Positions 1 through 9,755 of a DNA stretch of 64,000 nucleotides are shown here, piece by piece (position 1 is the first letter of the stretch; each line of letters begins with the position of its first letter). The notes under the pieces are model-generated. The model saw only the letters and a program-made list of their open reading frames with translations. It was not told where the DNA came from and made no database searches. Source of the stretch: Patescibacteria group bacterium (lineage in GTDB: Bacteria; Patescibacteriota; UBA1384; CAJBMM01). The stretch is from contig JBAZWC010000002.1 in NCBI GenBank assembly GCA_041660565.1, positions 287,484-351,483 on the forward strand, read 5' to 3'. Both the position numbers and the translations under genes were made by a program.

Positions 1-774
1 CCGTATCGGGTTATCGGCGGCTTACGTTTTTATGAACGTAAAGAAATAAAAGACGCCATCTGCTATTTACGCGTGGTTGCTAATAAGGCTGATAGAGTCA
101 GTTTGGGGCGAGTCATAAATACTCCAACCAGAGGTATCGGAGAGAAAAGTGTGGAAACAATTTTGCGTGAAACCACCGACCGAGTGTTTGACCCGAACTA
201 TGATATTCCGAATCTGTCGGGCAGAACAGCGGAATCGTTTAAGCGTTTTCGACAAATGATATTGGATGGACGTAAATTGTATGATCAAAACGGCGATCTG
301 CTTGAACTGTTTAATTTTTTAATGGAACAGTCAGGCTATCTGAGCTGGCTTGATAGTCATACTCCCGAAGGATTAAATCGCCTGGAAAACATTGATGAGT
401 TAAAAACTGTACTCAAAGAAGAACCAGATCTAACTACATTTTTAGCCAACGTCAGTTTAGTTTCAGATATCGACCAATATGACGCAAACGCAGATAGCGT
501 AGCGTTAATGACAATGCACTCGGCTAAGGGGCTAGAGTTTCCGGTGGTGTTTATCGCCGGTATGGAAGAAGGAATTTTTCCGCATTCGCGCAGCAGTTTG
601 GACCCATCCGAAATCGAAGAGGAGCGCCGGTTGTGCTACGTTGGTATGACGCGAGCCAAAGAGCGGTTGTATTTGTTATATGCCCGAGAGCGCCGGTTGT
701 ACGGCGGCATTCAAGCAAATCCGGTGTCAAGGTTTATTGGCGATCTGCCCGAGGAACTGATCGAAGAATTATAA
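1..774 (+). CDS. pcrA: ATP-dependent DNA helicase PcrA/UvrD, C-terminal part (5' truncated by window edge)
   Basis: UvrD motifs V/VI: LMTMHSAKGLEFPVVF, EEERRLCYVGMTRAKERL; frame open from base 1. Confidence 0.95.
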   Translation, partial: PYRVIGGLRFYERKEIKDAICYLRVVANKADRVSLGRVINTPTRGIGEKSVETILRETTDRVFDPNYDIPNLSGRTAESFKRFRQMILDGRKLYDQNGDLLELFNFLMEQSGYLSWLDSHTPEGLNRLENIDELKTVLKEEPDLTTFLANVSLVSDIDQYDANADSVALMTMHSAKGLEFPVVFIAGMEEGIFPHSRSSLDPSEIEEERRLCYVGMTRAKERLYLLYARERRLYGGIQANPVSRFIGDLPEELIEEL

Positions 775-812
775 TTAATTCCAATTGATCCAATTTGTCC
801 CATTAATCAAAT
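775..812. repeat. Degenerate ~9-nt periodic array (ccaatt-type)
   Basis: taattccaattgatccaatttgtcccattaatc; a complementary-type array lies at 62253-62288. Confidence 0.45.
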
Positions 813-871
813 TTGAGAAAGTCAACTTTAGTCTTGTATTTGTGCTATAATATAATCCAATTGGAGGAATC

Positions 872-1855
872 ATTAGAAAGTGGCACTGGCTGGTTATTGG
901 TGTAGTCAGTATTGTGGCCGGATTAGGTCTGGTTTTGTATAGTTTTAATAAATCTAACTATACATATGCCGCAGATCTCCGATACGTTTTTTTGGTGCGT
1001 GATGTTAGCCCGGATTCGCTTCATAGCATTACTGAGTCGTCTATTATATCTAATAGCTTAGACGCTAGTGTGGCGCTAGCAGCAAATAATATTCCGGTTA
1101 ACGACCAAGACCGCATTATTAATACTCCAAATGGAGTGGGAAATGTGGGCGGGGTGATTACTATTGAGCGTGCCCCAGTTATTCGTCTAACCGATGCAAA
1201 GAAAACCAAAACGGTGCGTAGCTGGCAAAAAACCGTCGGCGACTTGTTGACAGAACAAAAGGTACCGGAAATTGGGGAACAGGACACGGTAACGCCAGCA
1301 ATTAGCGCGCAAGTGGTTCACAATATGTCTGTGACCATTGTCCGAGTACAAGAAACAGATATTATCGAAAAAACTGTGGTAGCTTTCCAAACCTCGGTAG
1401 TTGATGATAACACGCGTTATCGGGGCGAGCCAGACACGGTTACCCAAGCCGGTAAGGATGGGCTAATCACAAAAACTTATCACATTCGTCGTGAAGATGG
1501 GGTTGAGGTGAGTAGGAAATTGCTCAAAACCGATACAGTTGCGATGGTTAAAAAGATTGTTTCCCATCCGGTTAAACTGAAAATTGATTCGTCACAAACA
1601 AGATCTGGACGAGCTACTTGGTATTCGTCGCGATATCAAGCTGCGTCTAATTATCTTGATAGAGGCACAAATGTGCGCGTGACAAATTTAGTGAACGGTA
1701 AATCTGTGTTAATTCAAATACAAGATCATATGGCAAATGACGGGTCAGATGGTAGAAATGTAATAATTGATTTGCATCCAACGTATTTTTCTCAACTCGG
1801 AGTTCCAATAAGTCAGGGTCTTATGTCTGTAAAAGTCGAGGTAATTGTAAATTAA
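872..1855 (+). CDS. YabE/RpfB-like cell-wall protein: DUF348 + G5 domain + C-terminal RlpA-like DPBB domain
   Basis: G5-like segment (VTQAGKDGLITKTYHIRREDGVEVSRK); C-terminal GRATWY...GTNVRVTNLVNGKSV..IQD...IIDL; upstream of rsmA as in yabE-ksgA loci. Start uncertain: ATT 872 after GGAGG, or GTG 914. Confidence 0.75.
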   Translation: MRKWHWLVIGVVSIVAGLGLVLYSFNKSNYTYAADLRYVFLVRDVSPDSLHSITESSIISNSLDASVALAANNIPVNDQDRIINTPNGVGNVGGVITIERAPVIRLTDAKKTKTVRSWQKTVGDLLTEQKVPEIGEQDTVTPAISAQVVHNMSVTIVRVQETDIIEKTVVAFQTSVVDDNTRYRGEPDTVTQAGKDGLITKTYHIRREDGVEVSRKLLKTDTVAMVKKIVSHPVKLKIDSSQTRSGRATWYSSRYQAASNYLDRGTNVRVTNLVNGKSVLIQIQDHMANDGSDGRNVIIDLHPTYFSQLGVPISQGLMSVKVEVIVN

Positions 1856-1870
1856 ATCTACGGCGGTCGT

Positions 1871-1972
1871 CTCCTCACCCGGCCTAACGGCCACCCTCTC
1901 CTCGGGGAGGAGAGGGAAACCCTGGAACCCTTCTCCTCTAGAGGAGAAGGTGCCGGTACGGCGGATGAGGAG
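1871..1972. repeat. Miniature palindromic element, family A (CTCCTCACCCGGCC...CCCTCTCC/GGAGAGGG...GGCGGATGAGGAG)
   Basis: Two internally palindromic arms; closely similar copies at 18005, 57654 and 63283. Confidence 0.9.
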
Positions 1973-1988
1973 GAAATAAAAGGAAAAT

Positions 1989-2783
1989 ATGCGGCAAAAA
2001 CTCGGACAACATTTTCTAAATGATCTAAACGTTATTAAAACGGCGGTTATTAATCTACCCAAACCAACTGATGATTTATTAGTGGTAGAGGTGGGGCCGG
2101 GTCAGGGCGTGCTAACGCGTGAATTACTTAACGCTGGCTATCAGGTTTTGGCGATTGAGTGGGATGAGGAGCTGCTCGCTAGTTTGCAAGCCGAATTTAG
2201 CGGTCAAAAGCGCCTACATTTAATCAATGCCGACATTCGCACATTCGACCTGGTCAAACAAATTAAATCACTCAAATTTAGCCGATACGTCATTGCTGCA
2301 AACCTGCCGTATTATTTATCGTCGTATTTCTTGCGCAGTGTGTTTGGATATCAGCTGCTACCTGAAAAGATGGTTTTATTATTGCAACAAGAGGTGGCGC
2401 AGCGTCTAGCGGCGGAAGTTGGCAGCAAGAAACGTAGTACTTTATCCATTTTAGCCCAAAGTTATTGCCGTCCCGAAGTGATATTGTCTGTCCCAGCGTC
2501 TTCTTTTACTCCGCCGCCAAAAGTAACCAGCGCTTTAGTTGAAATGGATCAGATTAAAAATCCGTTTAAGTCAAACGAAGAATCCAAACGATTTTTTCGG
2601 GTGGTGAAAGCGGGATTTGGCGAGAAGAGAAAGACCATCATTAACTCGCTTGCCGGAGGAATGCACTTGGAAAAGGACGAGATTGGGCTAATGCTGAGCG
2701 AATTAAAAATCGATTCAACTTTGCGCGCAGAGGATTTGTCGATTGAACAATGGCGAAAACTTACACAAGAATTTGAAATTTGA
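1989..2783 (+). CDS. rsmA: 16S rRNA (A1518/A1519) dimethyltransferase RsmA/KsgA
   Basis: KLGQHFL, VEVGPGQG, ANLPYY, FTPPPKVTS motifs. Confidence 0.97.
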   Translation: MRQKLGQHFLNDLNVIKTAVINLPKPTDDLLVVEVGPGQGVLTRELLNAGYQVLAIEWDEELLASLQAEFSGQKRLHLINADIRTFDLVKQIKSLKFSRYVIAANLPYYLSSYFLRSVFGYQLLPEKMVLLLQQEVAQRLAAEVGSKKRSTLSILAQSYCRPEVILSVPASSFTPPPKVTSALVEMDQIKNPFKSNEESKRFFRVVKAGFGEKRKTIINSLAGGMHLEKDEIGLMLSELKIDSTLRAEDLSIEQWRKLTQEFEI

Positions 2784-2813
2784 AATTTTTAATGGCGGAA
2801 GGGATTTTTTCTC

Positions 2814-2890
2814 AGATTTCTCCCTCCGGGCGTAGTCTACGGGCGGAGCCAACGTGGTCGATTTGACAATCTCCCCGGGTCGAAATGACA
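2814..2890. repeat. Family B palindromic element (right arm) with nested family C element (2822-2850)
   Basis: AGATTTCTC...GGTCGAAATGACA arm interrupted by ccctccgggcgtagtctacgggcggagcc. Confidence 0.8.
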
Positions 2891-2911
2891 ATGGATTGAT
2901 GAGGTAAGTAT

Positions 2912-3568
2912 ATGTTATACGTTGTAGCAACCCCAATTGGAAATTTAGAGGATATCACAGATAGAGCTAGACGAATCTTGACGTCGGTAAGCTATATTGC
3001 GTGTGAAGACCCGAATCACAGCCGGATATTATTACAAAAAATTGGGAGTGTAGCCAAAACTATTGCTTTGAATGCTCATTCAAAATCTCCTAAAGTTGAT
3101 CAAGTAATTTCTTTGCTGCTGGCCGGAAATGACGTGGCTTACATTACTGACGCGGGTACGCCGGGTATTTCTGATCCGGGTGGGATTTTGGTTGAGGCTG
3201 CTCACAATAAAGAGATTGAGGTTTGTCCAATCCCGGGGCCATCGGCAGTGGCTTGCGCGTTATCGGTTTGCGGGTTCTGTGCTGATCAATTTATTTTTTA
3301 TGGCTACATCCCCAAGAAAAAAGGTCGTCAGACATTTTGGCTAAAATTGCAAAACCAAAAAATAACCGCTGTGATGTTTGAATCTCCAGACCGAATTGCC
3401 AAGACATTGGCCGAAATTCGTGCTACAATTAAGCCTGATAGGCGGGTGTGTATTTGCCGCGAATTAACCAAACAGTTTGAACAAATATGGCGGGGCACTA
3501 TCGCGCAAATTGAATCCGCTAAAATTATGGCAAAAGGGGAATTTGTGATCGTTTTGGAAGGTGACTAA
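2912..3568 (+). CDS. rsmI: 16S rRNA C1402 2'-O-methyltransferase RsmI
   Basis: LYVVATPIGNLEDIT, DAGTPGISDPG, CRELTK, KGEF. Confidence 0.97.
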   Translation: MLYVVATPIGNLEDITDRARRILTSVSYIACEDPNHSRILLQKIGSVAKTIALNAHSKSPKVDQVISLLLAGNDVAYITDAGTPGISDPGGILVEAAHNKEIEVCPIPGPSAVACALSVCGFCADQFIFYGYIPKKKGRQTFWLKLQNQKITAVMFESPDRIAKTLAEIRATIKPDRRVCICRELTKQFEQIWRGTIAQIESAKIMAKGEFVIVLEGD

Positions 3569-4623
3569 TGTTAAATAATTTCTTAAATAAACCGAATTAT
3601 AATTTATCGCCTAAAATATTGGCGGCGATCGCCAAGATAGAGCGGGCACAGGGAATCATTGACGCATCGCCGTTGGTGCCAACTTTTGAGCGAGATTTGC
3701 AATACGAAGCAATGTTGGCCACAATTCATGCGTCCACGCATATTGAGGGCAATGTTTTGGGTCAAGGCGCGGTAGAGCGCATTCTAAAAGGCGAAATCGT
3801 AACCGCTCGGCAGCGCGACATCCAAGAGGTAGTGAACTATCGCAATGTTATCGAATATGTTGGTAAAGTTTTTCGCAATACCAAGCAGCCGTTTACTGAT
3901 GTAATGATTCGTGAGTTTCATCGCGTTTTAATGCGCGATCTACTGCCCGAAGAACAGTTAGGCCAGTATCGCATTGTCCAAAACTATATTGTTGATGCCC
4001 GAACCGGCAAAACCATTTATACCCCGCCTCCAGCCAGAGACGTGCCAAAGCTAATGTTGGCGCTAACCGACTGGATAGTAGGGCAGAGCCCAGGCAGTTG
4101 TCATCCGGTCATTAAAGCGGCCTTGGCGCACTTTTTGGTAGAGGCAGTGCATCCGTTTGTAGATGGCAACGGCCGAGTTGGCCGTGTAGTGGCGATGTTT
4201 CTGCTTTACCGTGACGGCTACGATACGCGGCGATTGTTTTCGCTAGAAGATTATTACGATCAAGATCCCAAACAGTACTACCAGTCTTTGCGCTCGGTTT
4301 TGACTGCGCGGGCAGACGCCACAGAGTGGGTAGAGTATTTTGTAACCGGATTTGCAGTGCAGATTGATCAGATTTCGCAAAAAATCAGAGCGTACCTGGA
4401 CGGCGAGAAAAATCGCGATAAATTTGTAAAACAAGAGTTAAACAAGCGCCAGTTTGATGCTGTGCGTTGGCTGCAACATCACAAATCGGTGACGGCACTA
4501 GAATATGCCGAGCATTTTAAGGTTTCAAAACGCACTGCTAACTACGATCTTTCAGAGTTGGTGGGTAAAAAAATGGTTCTCCAAGAGGGCGAATCCCGTT
4601 CCTCGCGGTTTAAGCTAGCATAG
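3568..4623 (+). CDS. Fic family protein with C-terminal winged HTH
   Basis: Fic motif HPFVDGNGRVGR; inhibitory STHIEGN motif; C-terminal VSKRTANYDLSELV. Confidence 0.93.
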   Translation: MLNNFLNKPNYNLSPKILAAIAKIERAQGIIDASPLVPTFERDLQYEAMLATIHASTHIEGNVLGQGAVERILKGEIVTARQRDIQEVVNYRNVIEYVGKVFRNTKQPFTDVMIREFHRVLMRDLLPEEQLGQYRIVQNYIVDARTGKTIYTPPPARDVPKLMLALTDWIVGQSPGSCHPVIKAALAHFLVEAVHPFVDGNGRVGRVVAMFLLYRDGYDTRRLFSLEDYYDQDPKQYYQSLRSVLTARADATEWVEYFVTGFAVQIDQISQKIRAYLDGEKNRDKFVKQELNKRQFDAVRWLQHHKSVTALEYAEHFKVSKRTANYDLSELVGKKMVLQEGESRSSRFKLA

Positions 4624-4648
4624 AGTTTAGGAAAATATCACGACTGGT

Positions 4649-4735
4649 GTAGGGGCGGACTCATACTTGTCCTCCGTAGCCTTCTTGACTTTCCGTAGCT
4701 TTAGCGTAGGAGGTGGCGAAGGGGGATGTCCGCCC
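4649..4735. repeat. GTAG-type REP (family E) interrupted by nested ccgtagc...cgaagg elements
   Basis: gtaggggcggactcat ... atgtccgccc split by ~60 nt of inserted palindromes; intact copy at 15539. Confidence 0.8.
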
Positions 4736-4852
4736 GTTTGGGGTGATTTAATCGACAATAACCAGTAAAAGTGATATTATGATTCCGAAACAATAGCTGT
4801 CTTGGCTAATCGCTGTCGACGTAACGAGAACACCTGAAAGGAGAAACAGGTC

Positions 4853-5263
4853 ATGCTCGGTAAAGTCGGGTACATAACGGTAGCGATGGTTACCATTCTT
4901 CTCGGGATATTGTGCCTAATCATTCGAGACGATGGCCCACTGTTCGACGATCGTTCCGCGACGTTGGTGGCGCAGATCGATGCCGCCGACATGTCGGATT
5001 GTATCTCTCTGGTTGGTGCAGACACATCGGTGCTGACGAAGTCTCGGACGATGGTGGTGGTGTCGGTGCCGTTTGGGAATGCCAGTAGCCCGCCACTTTT
5101 CCAGAATACGTCGAAAAGCGCGACGACTGTGCGCTGGTTTCTGACCGGGGAGGAGAGAATACCGCTCAGTCTGACCACACAGGTCAAGGCCGGAACGTCC
5201 TATATCTCGGCTGAGCCGATCGATCTCGGCCACGGAAAGATGCGACTAAGGGTCTCGCTATGA
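4853..5263 (+). CDS. Hypothetical membrane-anchored protein (GC-rich islet 1)
   Basis: AAAGGAG SD before ATG, N-terminal hydrophobic helix, downstream terminator; 36/60 GC in bases 4921-4980. Confidence 0.7.
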   Translation: MLGKVGYITVAMVTILLGILCLIIRDDGPLFDDRSATLVAQIDAADMSDCISLVGADTSVLTKSRTMVVVSVPFGNASSPPLFQNTSKSATTVRWFLTGEERIPLSLTTQVKAGTSYISAEPIDLGHGKMRLRVSL

Positions 5264-5273
5264 CGGCGGGCGT

Positions 5274-5314
5274 GGGGTCGGATGACAAGAGTTGTCCGAC
5301 CCCGTTAATTTTTT
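5274..5314 (+). terminator. Intrinsic terminator of islet 1
   Basis: ggggtcgga...tccgacccc stem followed by a T-rich tract. Confidence 0.75.
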
Positions 5315-5317
5315 ATA

Positions 5318-5344
5318 TAGATTCTGGGTCAAGCCCGGGATGAC
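5318..5344. repeat. Family G (RPE/dRS3-like) palindrome TAGATTCYGGGTC.AGCCCGG.ATGAC
   Basis: Related copies at 39000 (inverted) and 40417. Confidence 0.75.
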
Positions 5345-5389
5345 AATCTATCCTAATCACCATATCTTTGCTATATTTAGGGTGGAGAT

Positions 5390-6886
5390 ATGATGAAAAA
5401 GTTTTTTATCACCACCCCAATTTATTACGTTAATGATGTGCCGCACCTTGGGCACCTTTACACCACTTTAGCGGGTGATATTTTGGCGCGCCATTATCGT
5501 TTAACGGGGCGCGAGGTTTATTTTTTAACCGGCACCGATGAACATGGCTCCAAAATCGCCGAGGCAGCCGAAAAACATAATCAATCACCACAGGCCTTTG
5601 TAGATAACATTTCAGAGCAGTTTAAGCAGGTGTGGCAAAAGTACGACATCACTTTTGATCGATTTATTCGCACTACCGAAGAAGAGCACGTTAAAGTGGT
5701 CCAACAATTTCTGACCGATTTGCAGGCTCGTGGATATATTTATAAGGGCGAGTATTCCGGTTTGTATTGCCGTGGTTGCGAGGAGTACAAAAAAACATCA
5801 GATTTGGTTGATGGGCTTTGCCCGGTGCACCAGCGCGCTCCCGAATCTTTGGCTGAGCCGGCCTATTTTTTCAAATTGTCCGCTTTCGCCGATCAGATTT
5901 CTAGTTTAATCGATTCGCGTCAGTTGGAAATTCAGCCGGAGTCACGCCGCAACGAAGTACTATCATTCTTATCTAGCGGTTTAGAAGATGTGGCCATTTC
6001 GCGCCAAAACGTCGAATGGGGCATCCCGCTGCCTTGGGATCAGTCTCATACTATTTACGTGTGGATTGACGCCTTAATTAACTATTATACCGCGGGTCTT
6101 AAAGTAGACTGTTGGCCGGCAGACTGGCATTTAATGTCTAAAGACATTTTGCGATTTCACTGCGTTATTTGGCCGGCAATGCTGCTGGCGCTTGAGTTAG
6201 ACTTGCCAAAATCAATTTTCATTCACGGCTATTTTACGGTTGATGGTCAAAAGATGAGTAAGAGTTTAGGCAACGTGGTTAACCCTCTCGAAATGCTGCA
6301 GAAATATGATCGTGATGTAATTCGGGTCTTCCTTTTCAAATCGTTTCCGTTTGGTGCCGATGGTGATTTTTCGTGGGAGTTACTTGATCGATTTTATAAC
6401 GGCCAGTTGGCTAACGAGTTGGGCAATTTGGTACAGCGCGTGTTGGTGATGGCGGACAAATATTGTGACGGGATAGTGCCAAAGGGTGGCGGGTCGGTTT
6501 TGTCTGAGTTGACGCTGGATTTTGTTCAAAATACCCGCAAAGACATCGAAAAATTAGCTTTTGGCGATGCCCTGAATCATATTTTTAGTTTAATTCAGTT
6601 GGCCAATCGTCATATTGATAATATTAAATTATGGGATAAATCGAACGAACAAGCATTCATCAACCAAGGCATCGCGGAGTTGATCGAATTAATTAGGCAT
6701 CTTTCAATTGCGCTTTTGCCGATTATGCCCGATACCGCCCACAAAATTGCGCATTCACTTAATTTTGATCTTAAAAACAGTTATACTAAAGATGAATACG
6801 AAACAATAATAAGGTGGGGAAACTATCTTGAAGGGCGCAAGATTGTGGTGCCTGAGGTGCTGTTTCCACGAAGAGGAGAAAGTTGA
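5390..6886 (+). CDS. metG: Methionyl-tRNA synthetase
   Basis: FITTPIYYVNDVPHLGH, GTDEHGSK, YVWIDAL, KMSKSLGN. Confidence 0.98.
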   Translation: MMKKFFITTPIYYVNDVPHLGHLYTTLAGDILARHYRLTGREVYFLTGTDEHGSKIAEAAEKHNQSPQAFVDNISEQFKQVWQKYDITFDRFIRTTEEEHVKVVQQFLTDLQARGYIYKGEYSGLYCRGCEEYKKTSDLVDGLCPVHQRAPESLAEPAYFFKLSAFADQISSLIDSRQLEIQPESRRNEVLSFLSSGLEDVAISRQNVEWGIPLPWDQSHTIYVWIDALINYYTAGLKVDCWPADWHLMSKDILRFHCVIWPAMLLALELDLPKSIFIHGYFTVDGQKMSKSLGNVVNPLEMLQKYDRDVIRVFLFKSFPFGADGDFSWELLDRFYNGQLANELGNLVQRVLVMADKYCDGIVPKGGGSVLSELTLDFVQNTRKDIEKLAFGDALNHIFSLIQLANRHIDNIKLWDKSNEQAFINQGIAELIELIRHLSIALLPIMPDTAHKIAHSLNFDLKNSYTKDEYETIIRWGNYLEGRKIVVPEVLFPRRGES

Positions 6887-7731
6887 TTGTCGGAATTTTA
6901 GCGGCCATTGGGTTTGCCGGTGGGGTTTTAGTTGATAAATACGAGCTTTCTAAGCGTCGGATACCGGTGCGTACCTACGTTCCGTTGATGTTCTTAACTT
7001 TGTGTTTATTTACCGGCATTGCGCTGGTTATTTTTCAACAACCAATTATGCAATATGGTACATCACTAAACTTCTCTTATGTTTTTGCATTTCTAGCGAT
7101 GATTTTGGTGGCGCTGGCTTGGAATCTGTTTTACTATCGCGCCCTAATGAAAGAGTCACTGCAAGAATTTGACCTAATTTTACTCACCGAGCCGCTAATT
7201 ACTATCGCAATGGCCGGGCTGTTATTTAGAAGTGAGCGTAATGCCACGGTGCTGCTACTGGCGTTAATCGCCTCAATTACCCTAGTGATTGCGCATATGC
7301 GTCGCAAAAAAATTAAATTTGACCATTATGCCAAAGAACTTATTTTAGCGATTTTCCTAATGTCGCTTGAAGTGATGATTATTCGCTATCTACTTGAAGT
7401 ATTTTCACCGATTGGGTTATATTTCTTGCGTACTTTTGTGGTCTATCTATTGGTAACGGCAATTTATAAGCCGAATTATAAAACCGTTAAGCATGCGGAT
7501 GCGGCTGCTATTGCTTTGACTGCCGGTTTTGGGGTAATGCAGATGGTGCTTCGGTATTACGGATATGAAATGGGTGGTGTGGTTATTACTACCTTAATGC
7601 TTTTGCTTGGGCCGTTGATTGTGGAAATGGTAAGCGTAAGCTTGTTAAAAGAAAAGGTGAATATTAAAACCGTCTCGGCTTTTATTGTTATTGCTGCCTG
7701 CGTGCTGTTCGCTTCAGTTCTTGGAACGTGA
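6883..7731 (+). CDS. EamA/DMT family transporter
   Basis: About 10 hydrophobic helices in two repeats; ..FRSER and ..LLKEKV motifs. Confidence 0.75.
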   Translation: MIVGILAAIGFAGGVLVDKYELSKRRIPVRTYVPLMFLTLCLFTGIALVIFQQPIMQYGTSLNFSYVFAFLAMILVALAWNLFYYRALMKESLQEFDLILLTEPLITIAMAGLLFRSERNATVLLLALIASITLVIAHMRRKKIKFDHYAKELILAIFLMSLEVMIIRYLLEVFSPIGLYFLRTFVVYLLVTAIYKPNYKTVKHADAAAIALTAGFGVMQMVLRYYGYEMGGVVITTLMLLLGPLIVEMVSVSLLKEKVNIKTVSAFIVIAACVLFASVLGT

Positions 7732-8480
7732 TGATTGACACACATACTCATTTGAATTTTATTGATTTTGAGCCCGATCTTTCTGACGTGTTGTCACGGA
7801 TGAAAGACGCTGGGGTAATTTCTGCGATTGTGGTAGGCACGGATGATGAATCAAATATCAGTGCAATCAATTTAGCCAATCAGTATGAACAGTTGTATGC
7901 CGCGATTGGCATACATCCCTCAGACGTTAAAGGTGATTTTGACATATCTGATCTAAAAAATCTGACCAAGTCCCCAAAAGTGGTGGCTATTGGCGAAGTG
8001 GGGTTAGATTATTCATATGATGTTGACCATGGTTTACAGGCTAGGGCGTTTGAGGAATTTATGGCATTATCCGCGCAATCAAACTTGCCGTTAATTATTC
8101 ATTGTCGAGATGCTATGGACGATCTAATTACAGTTTTGTCTAAGTCGAACCAAGTTACCGGCGTAGTGCATTGTTTTACCGGTACATTAGCACAAGCGAA
8201 CCGTCTGATAGCGCTCGGATTGCATATTTCGTTTACCGGAATGATTACCTATCCAAAGAACGAGGAGCTCCGTCAAGTAATATTAAATCTGCCACACGAC
8301 AAAGTGTTGGTAGAGACTGATTGCCCGTTTTTGCCGCCACAATCCAAAAGAGGGAAGAGGTGCGAGCCGAAAGACATGGTAGAAGTGGCTGCCGCCATTG
8401 GACAAATATGGGATAAAAATGTAGAATATGTTGACAAGGTAACTTCTGACAATGCTAGGCGGTTATTTAAGATCAAATAA
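7728..8480 (+). CDS. tatD: TatD family nuclease
   Basis: IDTHTHL, GIHP, AIGEVGLDY, IHCRDA, HCFTG, ETDCPFL. Confidence 0.96.
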   Translation: MMIDTHTHLNFIDFEPDLSDVLSRMKDAGVISAIVVGTDDESNISAINLANQYEQLYAAIGIHPSDVKGDFDISDLKNLTKSPKVVAIGEVGLDYSYDVDHGLQARAFEEFMALSAQSNLPLIIHCRDAMDDLITVLSKSNQVTGVVHCFTGTLAQANRLIALGLHISFTGMITYPKNEELRQVILNLPHDKVLVETDCPFLPPQSKRGKRCEPKDMVEVAAAIGQIWDKNVEYVDKVTSDNARRLFKIK

Positions 8481-8507
8481 CAATACATCGATGGACGAGG
8501 TATAACG

Positions 8508-8542
8508 AAAATTTTAAATTTTAAATTTTTAATTTTAAAAAT
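8508..8542. repeat. AT-rich heptamer array (AAATTTT)n
   Basis: aaattttaaattttaaatttttaattttaaaa; related arrays near 13365, 20780, 30287, 32930 and 38297. Confidence 0.7.
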
Positions 8543-8543
8543 T

Positions 8544-8795
8544 ATGAATAAATATTTAACAAAACAATCTGCGGTTAACCAAATAGAAATGGTTCTGGAC
8601 CAAATCCGGCCGGCGTTACAAAATCATGGTGGAAACGTCGAAGTGGTTGGATTTGACAATGGAGTGGTGAAGGTAAAATTGACCGGGCATTGTCACGATT
8701 GTCTTATTTCGACCGTAACGCTCAAACTAGGAATCGAACGTGCTTTATGCGCCAATCTACCAAATTTGGTGAAAAAAGTAATTGAGGTAAAATGA
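8544..8795 (+). CDS. NifU/NfuA C-terminal domain protein
   Basis: IRPALQNHGGNVEV...LTGHCHDC..S..TLKLGIE. Confidence 0.9.
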   Translation: MNKYLTKQSAVNQIEMVLDQIRPALQNHGGNVEVVGFDNGVVKVKLTGHCHDCLISTVTLKLGIERALCANLPNLVKKVIEVK

Positions 8796-9619
8796 CAGCA
8801 AAATTATTATTAGGTCAGCCTGTTGCAGATCAGATTTACGCTGACATAAAATTTAAATTGACCCATTTACCCAGACCGGTGCATATTGCCGCTATTTTGA
8901 TTGGCGACGATATGGGGTCGGTAACTTATTTACGAATGAAAGAGAAGCGATGTGCCGAGTTGGGGATAGGTTTTACTTTGGTCAAATTGGCTCAAGACAT
9001 TAAGACCTCTAAAGTTGAATCCGAAATAAGTAAGCTAAACGCTGATGAAAAAATTACTGGCGTTATAGTCCAATTGCCGCTACCAAAACATTTAGATCAA
9101 GATTATCTACTTAAACAAATCAATCCCAAAAAAGATATTGATGCATTTGGCTATTTGAATTCATCTGACGCTAAAAATCAGATCGTATATCCGCCAACGC
9201 CAACCGGAATGCTGAAGTTATGCGAATTTTATGATATCGACCTGAAAAATCAAAAAATCGTGGTCATTGGCGATGGATTATTAGTCGGGCTACCACTACA
9301 TCGAATGTTGTGCGACCTTGGGTTTGGTTCTATGCTGATCAACAATAGCGATGCGCCTCAGTCTAGAAAAGACATTATTGAAGCCGATGTGATTTTTTGT
9401 GGTGTGGGCAAGGCAGATTTAATTACGCCAGAGATGATCAAAAATGGTGTGGTCATAATTGATGCTGGTTATTCTAAAGTAAGTGGGCAAACTCGTGGCG
9501 ACGCTGATCCGGAATGTGAGAAGAAAGCATCGGCAATAACTCCGCCTGTCGGAGGTGTTGGGCCATTAACTGTCGCGTGCTTACTATTAAATGCAGTCAA
9601 ACTTGTAGAAATAAAGTGA
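8792..9619 (+). CDS. folD: Methylenetetrahydrofolate dehydrogenase/cyclohydrolase
   Basis: YLRMK, GVIVQLPLP, KDID, ITPPVGGVGPLT. Confidence 0.95.
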   Translation: MTAKLLLGQPVADQIYADIKFKLTHLPRPVHIAAILIGDDMGSVTYLRMKEKRCAELGIGFTLVKLAQDIKTSKVESEISKLNADEKITGVIVQLPLPKHLDQDYLLKQINPKKDIDAFGYLNSSDAKNQIVYPPTPTGMLKLCEFYDIDLKNQKIVVIGDGLLVGLPLHRMLCDLGFGSMLINNSDAPQSRKDIIEADVIFCGVGKADLITPEMIKNGVVIIDAGYSKVSGQTRGDADPECEKKASAITPPVGGVGPLTVACLLLNAVKLVEIK

Positions 9620-9630
9620 ATTTTATGAGC

Positions 9631-9755
9631 TGTCATTTCGACTCCTCGAGCGTTGTCTCGAGGGTGGAGAAATCTTTCAAAAAGACGGGAATGGATTCTT
9701 TCTTGAGATTTCTCCGACACAGTCGATCTGCGGCTCTCCTAGGGTCGAAATGACA
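9631..9755. repeat. Family B palindromic element (TGTCATTTCGAC...GAGAAATCT / AGATTTCTC...GTCGAAATGACA)
   Basis: 12-nt terminal inverted repeat; copies at 35344 and 49150; its 3' end overlaps the mnmA ATG. Confidence 0.9.

Noticed and set aside
4777-5233. Antisense or alternative-frame ORFs in the GC-rich islets (also 12368, 12459, 40016, 47473, 33916)
   Set aside because: Shadow ORFs expected at high GC; they lack the SD, promoter and terminator orientation of the chosen frames.
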